Shown: positions 39,969-53,286 of the stretch, one piece after another
Numbering within the stretch: position 1 is the first letter of the stretch
Layout of the letters: each line of letters begins with the position of its first letter
Assembly (NCBI GenBank): GCA_964016885.1
Contig: OZ024740.1
Location: 140,554,001-140,618,000, forward strand
Reading direction: 5' to 3'
Length of the DNA stretch: 64,000 nt
From: Eledone cirrhosa
Lineage: Eukaryota
The notes under the pieces: model-generated
What the model was told of the DNA's origin: nothing
Database searches by the model: none
Seen by the model: the letters and a program-made list of their open reading frames with translations, nothing else
Position numbers and translations under genes: made by a program

Positions 39969-42900
39969 TGGAGAAGCTTATGGGGTCTGCAAGATTTTAT
40001 CAAGGAAAATGGCCTTAAAACACTTGTTGTTAACCCATTATCTGATGCCTCTTTTGTGATTGGATTTCTAGCGAAATACTCTGTATTTGAATTAATGAAA
40101 AAGTTGAAGGAACTTACTAAAATTATTTTATTAAGATTGTATTTGTAACATAAATACCATTATATCAAATTATGTTGGAATTTAATGAAAATGGTAACCC
40201 TTTGAAATGGATGGTTTCTGTTCCATAAAACTAGAGGAAGTTTTGAGCGGGTTGGTATCAAAAGGGAAAACATAATTCCTTGGCCTACACTCTTTGATTA
40301 AATAGTGAAAAAATAAAATAAAATGAAATAAAAACACTAGAAGCTTTCTATTGAGACAAGAAGAGGAAAGGATCTTATTTGAGAAGTTACTTTGATCTAT
40401 CATCACCACCGCAATCAATGCTCCTGTTACTAACCTTCTTAACTCCCAAATATTGCTGTTGTTTATGTTGGGTATTCACTGAAAGTCTCAATATCAGTAA
40501 AACTAACTTTACTACTTGTCTCTCTCACACACAATGTACAATTTTTACTCAATGATTGGCAGCGAACATTGAATGTTTTCGTTGGAATTGGGTACGAATC
40601 CCATCGAGTTTGACTTTGCGTTTCATCCTTTTGTGGTTTACCACAGGTGGCGAATTGGCAGAGTCGTTAGAACATCGGATAACATGCTTTATTCATTTTG
40701 TCGTTAGAACATCGGATAACATGCTTTATTCATTTTGGTTCTCTGCTCTCTAAATTCAAATCCTGTCGAGGTCAACTTTGCCTTTCATCCATTCGAGGTT
40801 GATAAAAGAAAAGTACTAGTCAAGTACTGGGATCGATTCTTCCTCTATATCTCTTTCTCACTTCCATTCTATCACTCTCTCTATCCTTCTCTGGAAGAAA
40901 TCTGGTGTATTCAGACTTGGAGAATATTGGGCTACGCCAGGTCTAAAAATGCCCTAGAAACGCTGTGTCAATATGCTGCCCCTATGACTCCATCGGGAGT
41001 TACAGGACTATGCATGCATATAAGATACTAGTCAAGGAGCAGTGGATTGGCAGAATTATTAGACTCAGATGGAATGTTTTGCAGATCCTGCTCTGTGCGT
41101 TCTAAGTTAAAATCTCACCCTTATTCCACTAGGAGTTACAGCTAACATAATATGAAGTAGCAATAGAAGTGGTGACTCATCATTGCAATAAAGCAACAAT
41201 TAGAAAGATTATATATATATATATATAGAGAGAGAGAATTAGAAACTCAGAATAAATCCCCTATGATCAAGGGAGCTCAAGGAATAGAGACTAAGCTCTT
41301 TATAAATCATAGCAATGAGAGAAGGCACATAATAAATTATGTCGGATAATAGGGGATAAAGTTATATATAACCATCATCGTCGTTGTTTCAATGTTTGCT
41401 TTCCCTGCTAGCAAAGCTCATTAATTGGTTTACATCCCTGGCCCAAAGCAGCTGTAGAAATTTAGTTAAACGTTCTACCTTAGTTAAACGGACTGTGGCT
41501 GCAGAATGTTTGTGAAGTTCCCTGCAACCCACAGAGTGACTGTTAAAGATCCATTAATTATCATGTCCATAAAATAAAGGGGTCGATAAAATAAAGTACC
41601 AGTAATGTACTGGGTAATTGCTAGCCTTGTGCCAATAGTAGAAACAATTAATTATGTCCAGTAGATTGGCAGTATCGGTAGAGGGTCGGACGCCATGCTT
41701 TGATGCAAAGAGTTACGGCCCTTTCCATTCTGAGTTCAAATCCCGCCGAGGTTAACTGACTTTCATCCTTACGGGGTCGATAAAATAAAGTACCAGTAAT
41801 GTACTGGGTAATTGCTGGCCTTGTGCCTAAAGTAGAAACAATTAATTATCATGTCACCTGGACTGTCCGTAGAGGTTTCGTTAAGTTGCCGACATGCCCT
41901 AGCACGAGCAGAAAGATCCGTTAAATATCCTATGTTTGTCCAAGGTGGTCCTAGAATATCTATTAAATTACTAAACCTCCCAGCGAGACACTATTGCGCA
42001 TCATATGACTAACATCTGTCGGTATGTCATCGGAGTATTCGTTAAGAGGTTTTGTCTCCATTCAAGGAACTATGCCCCCTGCATTATTTTTGAGGGATCG
42101 GACGCCATGCTTTGCGCAAAGAGTTACGGTCCTTTCCATTCTGAGTTCAAATCCCGCCGAGGTTAACTTTGCCTTTCATCCTTACGGAGTCGATAAAATA
42201 AAGTACCAGTAATACACTGAGTAATTGTTAGCCAAAAAGTAGAAACAATTATTTTTGAGGGATAGTAAAGTGGCCGAAGAGAATGCATTAAGTAGCCTAC
42301 GTACACTGCTGGGGCCACGAAGTGACTCTTGAGGGCTTGTTAAGAAGCATATATCACCCAGCGTCAAAGTAGGCGGTGCGTTAAGTAGCCTACACTTGTT
42401 GGTAAGATGGTGAAAGGTTTGGAAGTAGAGTGGGCATTAAATAGTTTATATTCCTTCGCGTGGCCGTAAAGAGTTGATTGTGTGATTTTTTGTTCCCTTA
42501 CGTAACTAACTGTAGAGGGTCATTTAAATAGCCTACATCCCTCGAGGTGGCTGAAGATGGTCAGTTCAATGATGAGGCCATAAATAATTTGTCAAGTTAA
42601 AGATATTTAAATAAGAATCCAAGGGAAATAACTCTTAGATTATACAACAAGTGTTTATTTTTCATATTGACAGAGGTGGTGTAAAAATTTAGGTAAATTT
42701 ACTGTAAATGTTTCCTTCGGTGAACATTGTTTTCTCGGTCTTTTCGTGTTTTCAATGAATCTGATCTTCGAATCCGCCGGAAATGACTCATTTTTTTAGA
42801 AAACGGAAGGAACGCTTGGAGTTTTCTTTCGATGGAACTTTTTCCGTGTTTTTAAAACAGATAGAAACGATTCATTTGTTTAGAAAATGGAGAGGGGTTG

Positions 42901-43619
42901 GGGAACCCTTAGGATTTTCTTTAACACTTTTCAGTCTGTGGCTTTCGAGACGTTTTGGGGGGGGGGGGGGGAGTCGAGCTGCTGACTGCGAGTTTCCTCT
43001 CTTCACTGGCGGCTCGCCTAATAGAGGTAACTGGCGAATCTCGCGAGGGCGCTTGATTGTTCCAGCGCATCAGCCTGGAAATAATCCGAGGCAACGCTGC
43101 GAGAGTGCTGGCTTGCCTCAAAAATCATTAGAGAGGTTGCCCAGTACTCCTCGCGAAGCTGCTGTCTTTTGTTCTGGTGGTGGCTCGGTTGTCCACCCCT
43201 TCCTTTATATATTTTTTAATATTGCAACATTTAAGGAATATATCCTTCTGAAAGAATGGCGAGCAATTTATAATGTTATTTATGTATATATATTTAAAAC
43301 ATATTTATGTTATCTACTGAAAATTTATTTATATGCTTTGTATATATCATGTGTGTTTATATTTTCACTCCCATTTGTAATTTTATTTAATATATAATTA
43401 ATAAAACTTATTTTCTTTACAATCAAATTTGATGACCAAATAATAGCCTTGAATTTGGCTATTATTTGTAGTACGTGTAAAGACAACATCAATAACTACA
43501 TTTTTTACCCTTCACCCTGAACTTGGCTACTATTTCTAGCACGTGTAAAGACCACGTTTTGAGGTTGAAGATTAAAAGAAAAACGGTGAGAGAGTTAACT
43601 GATGAACTTTTCAAGTTCA

Positions 43620-44110
43620 TCAGTAAATTATCGGTCATTTTGTTGCGAGTTAACAGACATGTGATCTTGAAACAGGAACCTATTGGTGGATAAGCTGTAG
43701 AGGTGGAAATTGACGAAATGCTAATAATTCATTACAAATGTGAGAGGTAGTGTTTTGAGCAGATTGACTATGGTGAGATGGAACGAATTAGTAAATGTCG
43801 CTTTGTGGTGAATTTAAATGGTAATACGCATGACAAAGCCACATTTGTTCTCATCTAGAAATATATTAAATCTGGCTCGATTATTATTTCTAGCGATTCT
43901 TGGGCTGTCTACAAGAATCTAAACAGTTTGGGTTATAAGCATTTTGCCATTAACCATACTGAAAATTTTGTAGGCAAAATGAGTAAAAACATACACAAAA
44001 CATTGAAAGATTTTCGAGAAATTTAAAGAAGGCCAGGTATTTCAAAATATCTATACCAGTGTCGAGCCAGATATTTTTTTAGCTGTTCAAAGGAAAGGCT
44101 ACACCAATAT
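43620..44110 (+). pseudogene. Merlin (IS1595/ISXO2-like) DDE transposase fossil
   Basis: Manual translation through stops: PIGG..VEVEIDE, ER..FVV, KYIKSGSII.SDSWAVYKNLNSLGYKHFAINHTENFV, (T)QNIERF. Confidence 0.85.
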
Positions 44111-44419
44111 TCTTATTGAGGCAACTAATTTATATCTACCTCTCTCAGATCGCCAGCAACGCTTTAGCATCCAGGAAGAATCACATTCTAAGGCAAAGAA
44201 CAAAGAAAGTCCTCCTATAGCATAACATATTTTTAATGTTTTTATTTCCACCATTACTTTCATTTTTCGTCGCACCGTCCCAAACTAATGACATTTGTCG
44301 TGAGGCACGGTTAACTAAACAGGTGAAATGATTTTTATGATAAAAATTTGTCCTGATTTAACTTTATAATATATACAATGTATCTTCAAGAATGTTCATG
44401 CAAGTTCCACAATTACGGT

Positions 44420-44850
44420 GACCACACTCTTCGACTGTTGGTGTTGGGTTTATGATGGGTAATTTGAAGCTAGTGAGTAGTTTTTTAAAGGATTTGGGTT
44501 ATCTTTTGCTTTTGATTATTTTGTGCATTTCACATGCTTTTTTCATTCTTAGGTTTTGTCGTAATAGCGGGATGTTCTAGTGGATAATGTTGTATTTCTT
44601 ATGTTGTGTATGGTAATAAAGAGTATTGGGCATACATGAAGTGTTTTTCTTTTTGTGTTTCTTAGTTCTTGAATATCTATTGCTTTAGTATGTTCTATTC
44701 AGTTATCTATTAACATTGCTATTAAATGTAAAGTATATAATGAAGACTGCATAAGGCAAACAAAACATACTCTCAGAAACAGAATGACTATTCATTGTCA
44801 ACAAACATGAGACCCCAGTACTAGACAAATTCCACTGAGTTTGCATTTAG
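44420..44850. mobile_element. Penelope-like element fragments, two pieces in opposite orientation
   Basis: + strand 44740-44850 reads LRNRMTIHCQQ..DPSTRQIPLSLHLD (GIY-YIG region); - strand 44470-44700 reads KSKRQPKSFKKLLT-like linker. Confidence 0.55.
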
Positions 44851-46149
44851 ACTTTAATTTGCTTTAAACAATGTGAATATGAAGTCATATCTAGTGACAT
44901 ACAGTGGGCTTCCTCATAATTTCAGTTTACCTTGTTTCACTCATTGGTTGGCTTGATTTTATGGTGAAAAACTCTTGCTCAAGATGTCACACAGTGGACA
45001 TGAACCCACAATCACATGGTTATGATTCAGATGTCTTGACCAGACAGTTATGTTCGTACCTGAATGGGAGAAAAAAAAACAAACTCTGCCATCTTGCAGA
45101 ATTGCTTAGTTTTAACTTCAATTATACTAACATGTTCGCTTTAGGTTTTACTTATTCTTTGTTTCATCATTTGAAGGTCTAGCTTGATTTTATTTAAGTT
45201 CACATTACTCCTTGACATCCTTTTTATGTAGGCATGGATTCATTTAACATACTTTCTTAGCTTATTTCATCAATCCAACCCAACCTCTATACATTACCAT
45301 CATCATTTCATTTTACGTCCGCTTTTCCCTGCTTGCAAGGGTGGGACGGGAACTGATTCTAGCTTGATTTCTACAGCTGGATGCCCTTCCTAACACCAAC
45401 CTCATTTACAGTGAGTGCTGGGTGCTTTTTTGCCGTGGCACCTCCACGACCACTTTGCAGTGGAATGATATGGACCCCAATCCCTATCATCTCATTTCTA
45501 CAGTAAACTGGAGCAATGTGAAATAAAGTGTCTTGCTCAAGGAAACAACACATCACCCGGTCTGAGAATTGAACTCACAACCTTTCGATTGCAAGGCCAA
45601 TGCTCTAACCACTAAGCCATGTGCCTCAATCAACATTTTAATATTTGTTTTTCCTTAGGTTAGATTATTTTTGAATTCACTTCTACCTCATATATTCTTA
45701 GTTTGGATCTATTTCTTCCTGAGTCCTTTTCTGTCTAACTTTGTTGCAGATATCATCCACACACATTTCTTAGCAAATGTGATGTAGCTCACTCCCCGCC
45801 AATCTTCACCTTACACAACCACCGTATACACTCTACTGCTATCACTGCCTTCCCAGCCAGGCTAAAGACACAAGCGTCTCATTATTGTAATGGAGTAGTG
45901 TTGGTGCTATGATTAAATGTACCCAGTACATGCTGTAAAGTGGTTGGTATTAGGAAGAGCATTCAGCCAAAGAAATCATGCCAAAAATGAAATGCATTAG
46001 TTAGACATGGTTACCTGACTGGTTAGCTGCAGAATGTGACAGCCGGTTTAATTGCAAGCATCAAAAATAGGCATTAAATGGTGATGCCTAACTACTAACT
46101 TATAGGACAAAAGCAGAAATGTACACACTGAATATAAACGTATTTCAAA

Positions 46150-48050
46150 TAATATATCTATGCAGAGTTGCAATTGTCATTTTCTAAGAAAATTGAGTGA
46201 ACTCTTTCCTGAGCAACGTACAAGCACTGGTTATCTCTTGGACAACATTGCGGTTCAATGTGACATCCGAGACGTCCTTCAAATGAGAGCAATGTGTGGA
46301 GCTGCATGTTCGACCAATTACCGTCTCATTCGGCCCAACTGTGATTTCCTCAAGTCTTAAGCAAAACAAACAGATTAAATATAAGATGTGCTTGAAAACC
46401 TTACTGCTCCTGAATTGAACATTGAAGAAGCATGGCTCTCTTCATGATCCACTGCTTGCTGCTGCCATGGATACATTCTGCTTCACGAAACGCTGTCATC
46501 ATGTCTGGTTTGATAATGACCAGGCAGAAATCCTTGCAACGAAGAACAAGGCACACAATACATTCTTTCTAAATCCCTTGTCTTTATGTCTTATGGATGA
46601 GTGGCTTTCCCTTTGCTGACGTCCAATCCCTCCTGCGACAGCAGAGAACAGCTGGTGGATCAGGAAAGCTGAGAAATTCAGTGCTACTCTGACACCAATG
46701 ACAGTCACTACTTTTAAGAAGCCCTCAAAGAGATCTATGGTCCATCGTCCAAGCACAATGTACCTGTTTGCAGTGCTGATGGAAAGGTTCTTCTGAAGGA
46801 TACTGACCCAATCCTATCGTGATGGACACATTTCAAAGATCTTCTGAACTGCCACCATGAGGTTGACCTGGCTGCTCAGAGATTTGATCTCTTTACAACA
46901 GGAAGTCACCTGGGTCAGACAGCATCCCTCCTGAAATCTACAAGTATGGTGGCATATTGCTTCAAAAACTGTTCAAGGCTGCCTGGGACACCAGCCCCCT
47001 TCCTTAGGATTGGGAGGATGTGAACATCATCTCCATTTACAAAAAAAAAGGGTGATCGTTCCATTTGTAGAAATAGTTGCGGGATTTCCCTTCTGGCTGT
47101 GATAGGGAAAATTCTAGCTTGCATTCTCCTCTCCAGATTGGTCTCCTTTCTCATTAAGAGAGAGTTCTTCTGGAGCCACAGTGTGGTTTCTGCAGGAATT
47201 GCGGTACCATGGACAAGATCTTTGTTGCATGCCAAATCGCAAGCTTCTCTGGAGACTACTTGAGTGTCTGCCAAGGATTTTGCAACTGATTCACTAGCTT
47301 CATGAAAGCATGAAGGCTCGGGAGGTCATTGGCAGCTGAGAATCAGGCAGGCCCCCTTTAATGCTAACTCACAATCGGAGCAGCATATCCTAAATGTCAC
47401 AGTGAACATTTATCAATGACTCGGTCTGGAGGTTAACACAAATAAAACAGAAGTAATGTATCAACATGGTCTCCATTCACCCTCTCTGCATTGACAGTGA
47501 CATTCTCAACAGTGTGTTGCAGTTCACCTACCTTGCGTCCATACTGTATAACAACTGCTCTATTGATGAGGAGGTCTAATGTCGATTACAAAATTCATCT
47601 GCAGCTTTCGGTTGATTTTGGACCTGATTGTTCTCCAACAGGAATCTGATCATTCCCATGAATCTTGCTGTATATCAGGCCATCATTTTATTTATTCTTT
47701 TATATGGTTTTGAAACCTGGGTGGTTTACTGCAAGCACCTGAAGATTCTTGAATCCTTTCATATCAAGTACTGCCAATGGATCCTGGGAAGACAAGGTTC
47801 CACATCGAGAACACCATTTTGGAATGCTGCAACTCCTTCAGCATCGAATCTCTTATTGTCAAGTGTCAACTTCACTGGACAGGCCATCTCACCAGGATGC
47901 CCCCCCCCCCCCTCCTCCATATTGTCTTTTACAGGGAACTGACTGAAGGCCAAACATCTGTAGGAAGACAGAGGATGAGATACAAAGATCAAGCTATTGC
48001 CATCCTGTGGAAATGCAACATTCCTCCTATGGGCTTGAAAACCTCCAAGC
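46150..48050 (+). mobile_element. Decayed RTE (BovB-like) LINE
   Basis: GISLLAVIGKILA, QCGF, VNTNKTEVM, LLYGFETW, QLHWTGHLTRM, GRQRMRYKD remnants. Confidence 0.88.
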
Positions 48051-48334
48051 AACATTCTGCAGAAATACCCATATCCATCGTTTCAAGTGTCAATCTTTCT
48101 CTTTCCAGTTCCTTACATATAACATTAGATACATGTCAGATAGTGTATTATAGGAAATCATAAAAGTTTAGTTATGAAAAGACATCCAGAAGCTGCTTCA
48201 TAATATAATACATTATCCGTTCATTTAATCAACAGCATCAACTCCCTTAAGCAAGCACCACAATGAGATCAAAACCTATATAGTACATAACGTAAATATT
48301 GTGTTTGTATTTCTGGCCTATGCAAAAATTTGCA

Positions 48335-48605
48335 TGTTATAAGGGTGTTGGACTTATGATTATAATGTTGTGGGTTTGATTCCTGGACTGGATTGTGTGT
48401 TGTGTTCTTGAGCAAAACACTTCATTTCATGTTGCTCCAGTATACTCAGCTGAAAAGGAGTTCCAGCAATAGCTGAGTGTTTAACCTTGTGATTGACTGG
48501 CATCATGTCTAGTGGGGAGTCTAGAACTATTAGTCATTTCATGCCATGGAAATAAGGATAAGCACCGGCCTGATGAGCCTCCAGGCTTGAGATAGACTTT
48601 ACCAT
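48335..48605 (+). mobile_element. Second tRNA-derived SINE family with a V-domain-like core
   Basis: tRNA-like head then GTTCTTGAGCAAAACACTTCATTTCATGTTGCTCCAGT; relatives near 5530, 11100, 27255, 45490 (-), 57870 (-). Domain naming is from memory. Confidence 0.75.
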
Positions 48606-49508
48606 GGTTTGAGGCAGTTGAAGCAAATAGCATAATATTTTAAGTGGATGTCCTATGTTTAGTTAAAAATGTCTTCATGTTTTTACTAGAAAATCATTCT
48701 TTTTAAAGCTTTACTCTACCACAACACACAAAAACAGTAATGTTCCTCTCATACATTTTGATCAACATATCAAAATATTTTTTCTGAGCTTTTAATTTTC
48801 TTCTCATACATATATATTTATATATTATCATACATATATATTTATACCTATATACATACACACATATATACATTCAAGTAGACTGTTGCAATCTGAATAT
48901 GGTGATTGGGGAAAAACTTCAATCAACTGAGACTATCCTTGCAATTTCAACGTCAAAACTCCCTTTAAAAGTAATGAAAAAAGTCAGTCAGCAGACGAGA
49001 GAATTCCTATAGACCGAGCTGATCCAGGTCTTTTGGAACAATTTAAGACAACGCTGAGGAAGTGGACCTTGTCTTTAAGCCAGTTTGATGAAAGCAACAG
49101 ACATGTTTTGATCTTATTTGTTCTCCTCAGCAAGTTGACTAGACTAAACATGTCAGATATAGTTATGTATGCATATATGTGTGTTTCTGTGTGAATTAGC
49201 CTATACAAAATAACAGGAACTCCATAAATTTCCATTTTTTTTAAAGGATGTTTGCAGAATCTATGTACCAGTTTTGTTGTTGTTAGTTGAAGACTGTCTT
49301 TAATATTTCTAGATGAAATACTGAAGGTGTAAAAGTAAAATTTTGGTGTGGTTATTGTTTAGGCATTGGAAAACCAAATTTCAAACTTGTGATTTTCTCT
49401 GGAACAATGAATAGAAAATTATCTCACAAATATTTTACTTTGTATGTTGTGCTTATGTAGTTTCTGCATTTTGTTGGTATAAAGAGTTAACAGGAATTGT
49501 TTTTCATT

Positions 49509-49564
49509 TTAATCCAAGAAAAATACACTGTTGAAGTGTGTGCTGCATAATTTTTTGACTTCCT
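49509..49564 (-). CDS. CCZ1: CCZ1 terminal coding exon
   Basis: ctttcatttacag acceptor; EEVKKLCSTHFNSVFFLD-TAA matches the CCZ1 C-terminus; splice phases agree across all ten exons. Confidence 0.96.
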
Positions 49565-49940
49565 CTGTAAATGAAAGAAAAGAAAAGAAAATATATAGAA
49601 GTTTTCATATTTCCAAATATCATCATAGGTGTGAGCTGTCAATTTCATATTTTTCATTTAAAAAGGAGCAGTAATGAAAAGGTGCTGGTCTGGGGGTGAT
49701 TCCCCTACATCATCACAACCATTCATAGTTGAGTGGTTAGGTTAGCAGTAGGAAGAGAACAGTTATTAGTAAAAAATATACAAATGTTCATCAATTTTAT
49801 ACACCGCTCCTGCCAAACACACAAAATACACAACTACTCATTGATGACATGGTGAATAAAAATGGATATATAACAGAAAGAACCAGTTTAGCAAGAATGA
49901 TGACCAAACAAATAAACAAATATTGTAATCTAGAACATAC

Positions 49941-50068
49941 CATTGATTTCAATGAGATTGGCATTCTTTTGGTTGATAACCACATAGAATTCTCGATGGT
50001 CAGATTTTTTGCCTACAACCCATGAGTCATTCAAAGTCTTTACAATGGTCTCTGCATCATCCTCGCAC
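49941..50068 (-). CDS. CCZ1: CCZ1 penultimate exon
   Basis: ttttccttatag / GTATGT, 128 nt; CEDDAETIVKTLNDSWVVGKKSDHREFYVVINQKNANLIEIN. Confidence 0.97.
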
Positions 50069-52116
50069 CTATAAGGAAAACAGACATTGAATACAAGTCA
50101 GGCATTGTTTCTGTCGAATCCTGCTGATAAAGAGTTAAAAATAAGCAATAATTCAAGTTAACAATATGCATCATCATAACCATTGTTGTTTTTATGTCTA
50201 TTTTTCCATACTGACATCAGTTGGACAAAACCTTTCCAGTCAACAGCCAGGACTGGTGGGACCATTAAGGTCAACTAGACAGCTGCCTAGGGCACATTAC
50301 TAAACTTTAAAAGGTTTTACACACATTTGTACAATTAAATTAAATCTAAAATAATTTCCTGCAATCAATGTCTAAATTGTTTAACATCTTTGATGCACAG
50401 CAGTGTTGTGGAAATATCCAAAACTGTGGAGATAGTTGCATGATGTTATGACATGTCACATGATCTGGTATGGGTAAGTGTGGGCTGTGTAGCTATCATC
50501 TTGCATTTTGGTCACACATACAAACTACATGTCATATCATGCATATCAAAATGTAGGTAGTGAAGCAGCCACCCACCACCCCTCATCTGTACATATGAAG
50601 CCTATGTCTGCAGCGTGTAACTGAGATACCATCCTTCTTTATTACAAATAGCATTGGCTGTAAAACCATCTTTCAAGAAGCGGAAAGGTGTTTATTATGG
50701 ACAGATCATATTTGGTGCATAGTTTGAGTAGAAGTTCTCTATTGGAGTTCAGATTTCCATGACTGGTAATATCTTTCCTATCTTTGAACCCTAGGATCAA
50801 GTAGCTTATTGGTTAATGCCACTGTATTCAGGAGTCTAATACTGTGACTCATAGAATTCCTTTTTTCCTCTTCTGCTCCTTTGTCATTGTAGGAGTTAAC
50901 GTAGTAGAAACACTGATACTTTGATTGCCACCCAGAGCTAATCTCTCATCCATTAGTCTACTGGATATAGCAAAAGGAAGCAACAAAGTTTTCTGGCAAG
51001 AGTATTTATAATGGTTAGGTCAGTTCACTCTATATAGCATCATTTCCTGACTAGAAGAAATTGTAGTTTTGTTCTCTTACCTATCCTTCTCTCTATAGTG
51101 TTTCTGACAGTATAGGGTTGACTATATCATAATATGATTCCTTATCAATTATTGCAGTTATTCATTCAAGCTGTCTAGAATTGGCCTCATCCAGCATTAT
51201 TCTGATATTCCAGGTACATTTTTCATGTAAGAAATACTTTCACACAAAGTACATTGTACCAATCAATATATAATTGCAATATATAATTGGTGGTCACATC
51301 TCACACACATTTTTTTACTTTACAGAGTTCACCAGGTACATTTTATCATGGCACCAGAACAAAAGAGGTTGTCATGTCTTTGTCATAAATGAAAAGTCTT
51401 CTCATTCCTTTTTTTGGCATGGTTTCTACAACTGGATTCTCTTTTGATTACCAACCACCTTACAGGCTGTCCTGAGTGTATTTTACAAGACTCCAGTACT
51501 AGAAAGGTTGTCATGTCATGACTGAAGAGTCGTTTCAACCCTTTTTGGTATCGTTTCTATGGCTCAAAGCTCTTCTTAACACCAATCACTTGATAGAGCA
51601 TACTGGGTACATTTTATCATGGCCCCAACACTAGAGGTTGAGGGTCTGATTGAAGAGCCCTCCCTAAAGATGATGAGGTAGGAGGGAATAGTATGGGGAA
51701 GGTAGGAAGTTATGTAATGGGTAAGTTACAGTAGGTGGGAGCAAGAATGGCACGTATAATGGCATTGGTATATAACAAGTGTGGTGGAATTTGACGGGAT
51801 GGAGAGAGAAAGGGAATGACTGGGTTAGCTCAGATAGAGAGAGTGTGTGTGAGGTGGCGGGTACTGAGATGATGCAAACACCTACTAAGGAGTTATGACA
51901 GTTGTGTTAGGATTTAGATGGGGTTAGGGTAGGGTGATTCTGAATAAAGTGGTGGATGAGTGCAGTGATGGTTAAAATAGTTACTGGGGTCAGGTGATAT
52001 TTTTTATGCTGGTAAGTGAGTCTTCCCTAGTAGTACATGCTGCCAATCCCCATGGTCCGTTGTCATCTGTGTCATAAAATTCAGCTTCCTGTAAAGTCAT
52101 TATAAAATGTTCTTAA

Positions 52117-52986
52117 TCTATATATATAAAACTGTGGTTGTCTGTGTGTCTATCGATTTTTGGCACACATCTCCTCTTAGAATCTCTCACGGAATTGCAC
52201 CGAAATTGCTATACTTGTACATTGAGCCCTAGCGAAGACATCGGAAAAAAAAATTTCAAATTGACCCACCCTATGTGACGAAATCGAATATAATGTATCG
52301 ATTTTTGAGCGTAAGTTATCAGTTATTTCCCTTTGTTCTGTTTACATTGAGCGTCTTACGTAAAAAATTACGCTGGCTTTCTCAGCGTTTAAAATGACAT
52401 TAACATTAAAATTCATCAGTTCGAACACTAAGCTTCCGTTTTGCTTCATTTCCATTTAAAAGCATTTTAAAACAATATTTTTACTTGAAAACAAGTCTAT
52501 TTGAAGACTACGTAAAACAAGCAAATATTTCGTCGTTAGGCGTGCAGACAGACAGTCGTGCAGACAGACAGTCGTGCAGAGAGGTGATATACGTGTGCAG
52601 ACAGACAGTCGTGCAGAGAGGTGATATAGGCGTGCAGACAGACAGTCGTGCAGAGAGGTGATATAGGCGTGCAGACAGACATAACTGATAATTTGGTTAC
52701 GCTAATGTTTTTCTCTGCGTTGCAGTGTTTACATTTTCGATCTTTGTTAATAAATAACCAGTGCAGTTTCTATCCCCAGCATCCTCTTTTGTTATAACAT
52801 TCGGGTTATCGTTATGTTTTCTTAACTTCATAAGGCATATTGTTGGTTGAGGGAATATTAATCAAAAACACCACATGCAAGTCTGCACAGTAGACACTAC
52901 AGTTTTTAAGCCAAGAAAGAAACTTAACATTGTAACTTTAACACAGCTATTGAGCGACCCCGAGCAACGCCGGGCTTTACTGCTAG
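52117..52986 (+). mobile_element. Non-autonomous Helitron in a CCZ1 intron
   Basis: 5' TCTATATATATAAAA, 3' CTAG, subterminal hairpin CCCG-AGCAACGC-CGGG (52959-52974), inserted between A and T with no TSD, CpG-rich. Confidence 0.88.
52539..52681 (+). repeat. 37-bp minisatellite inside the Helitron
   Basis: Unit GGCGTGCAGACAGACAGTCGTGCAGAGAGGTGATATA, about 3.5 copies with one internal sub-duplication. Confidence 0.9.
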
Positions 52987-53028
52987 TAATAAATAAAAAA
53001 AAAGTGTGGAAACAGAGAGAATACTTAC

Positions 53029-53181
53029 TTAGAGAAATCTGAACTGATGTCACTTAAGAGTTTAATTGTATCAGGAGGAATGTTTAAGTTAGTTGATTTC
53101 TTGTTATCACCATGTACAGTTGTCTTCTGGGCAAGATTCATATGATTGAAGTACACATATTTATATTGGGGATCATTAAAG
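53029..53181 (-). CDS. CCZ1: CCZ1 exon
   Basis: aattccag / GTAAGT, 153 nt; FNDPQYKYVYFNHMNLAQKTTVHGDNKKSTNLNIPPDTIKLLSDISSDFS contains YFNHMNLA. Confidence 0.96.
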
Positions 53182-53286
53182 CTGGAATTATTTCAAAACA
53201 GAGAAAAATATACACATATAATGTATAAATAAATATATAATTTTTGTGTGCGTCTATGTGCATATATATATATATATCATCAAAAA

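Noticed and set aside
42265-42560. CRISPR-like repeat-spacer pattern
   Set aside because: Repeats are short and degenerate, spacing is irregular, spacers resemble each other, there are no cas genes and the context is eukaryotic.
42783-43397. 204-aa ORF
   Set aside because: It runs through a poly-G tract and AT-rich low-complexity DNA, with no recognisable domain or splice support.
41461-44325. Merlin TIR pair (TTTAGTTAAACGT and ACGGTTAACTAAA)
   Set aside because: The match is short, imperfect and AT-rich, with no TSD, so it cannot define the element ends.
48560-48600. Hammerhead ribozyme suggested by CTGATGAG plus a short stem
   Set aside because: The required GAAA after stem II is absent; the segment is the tail of a SINE.
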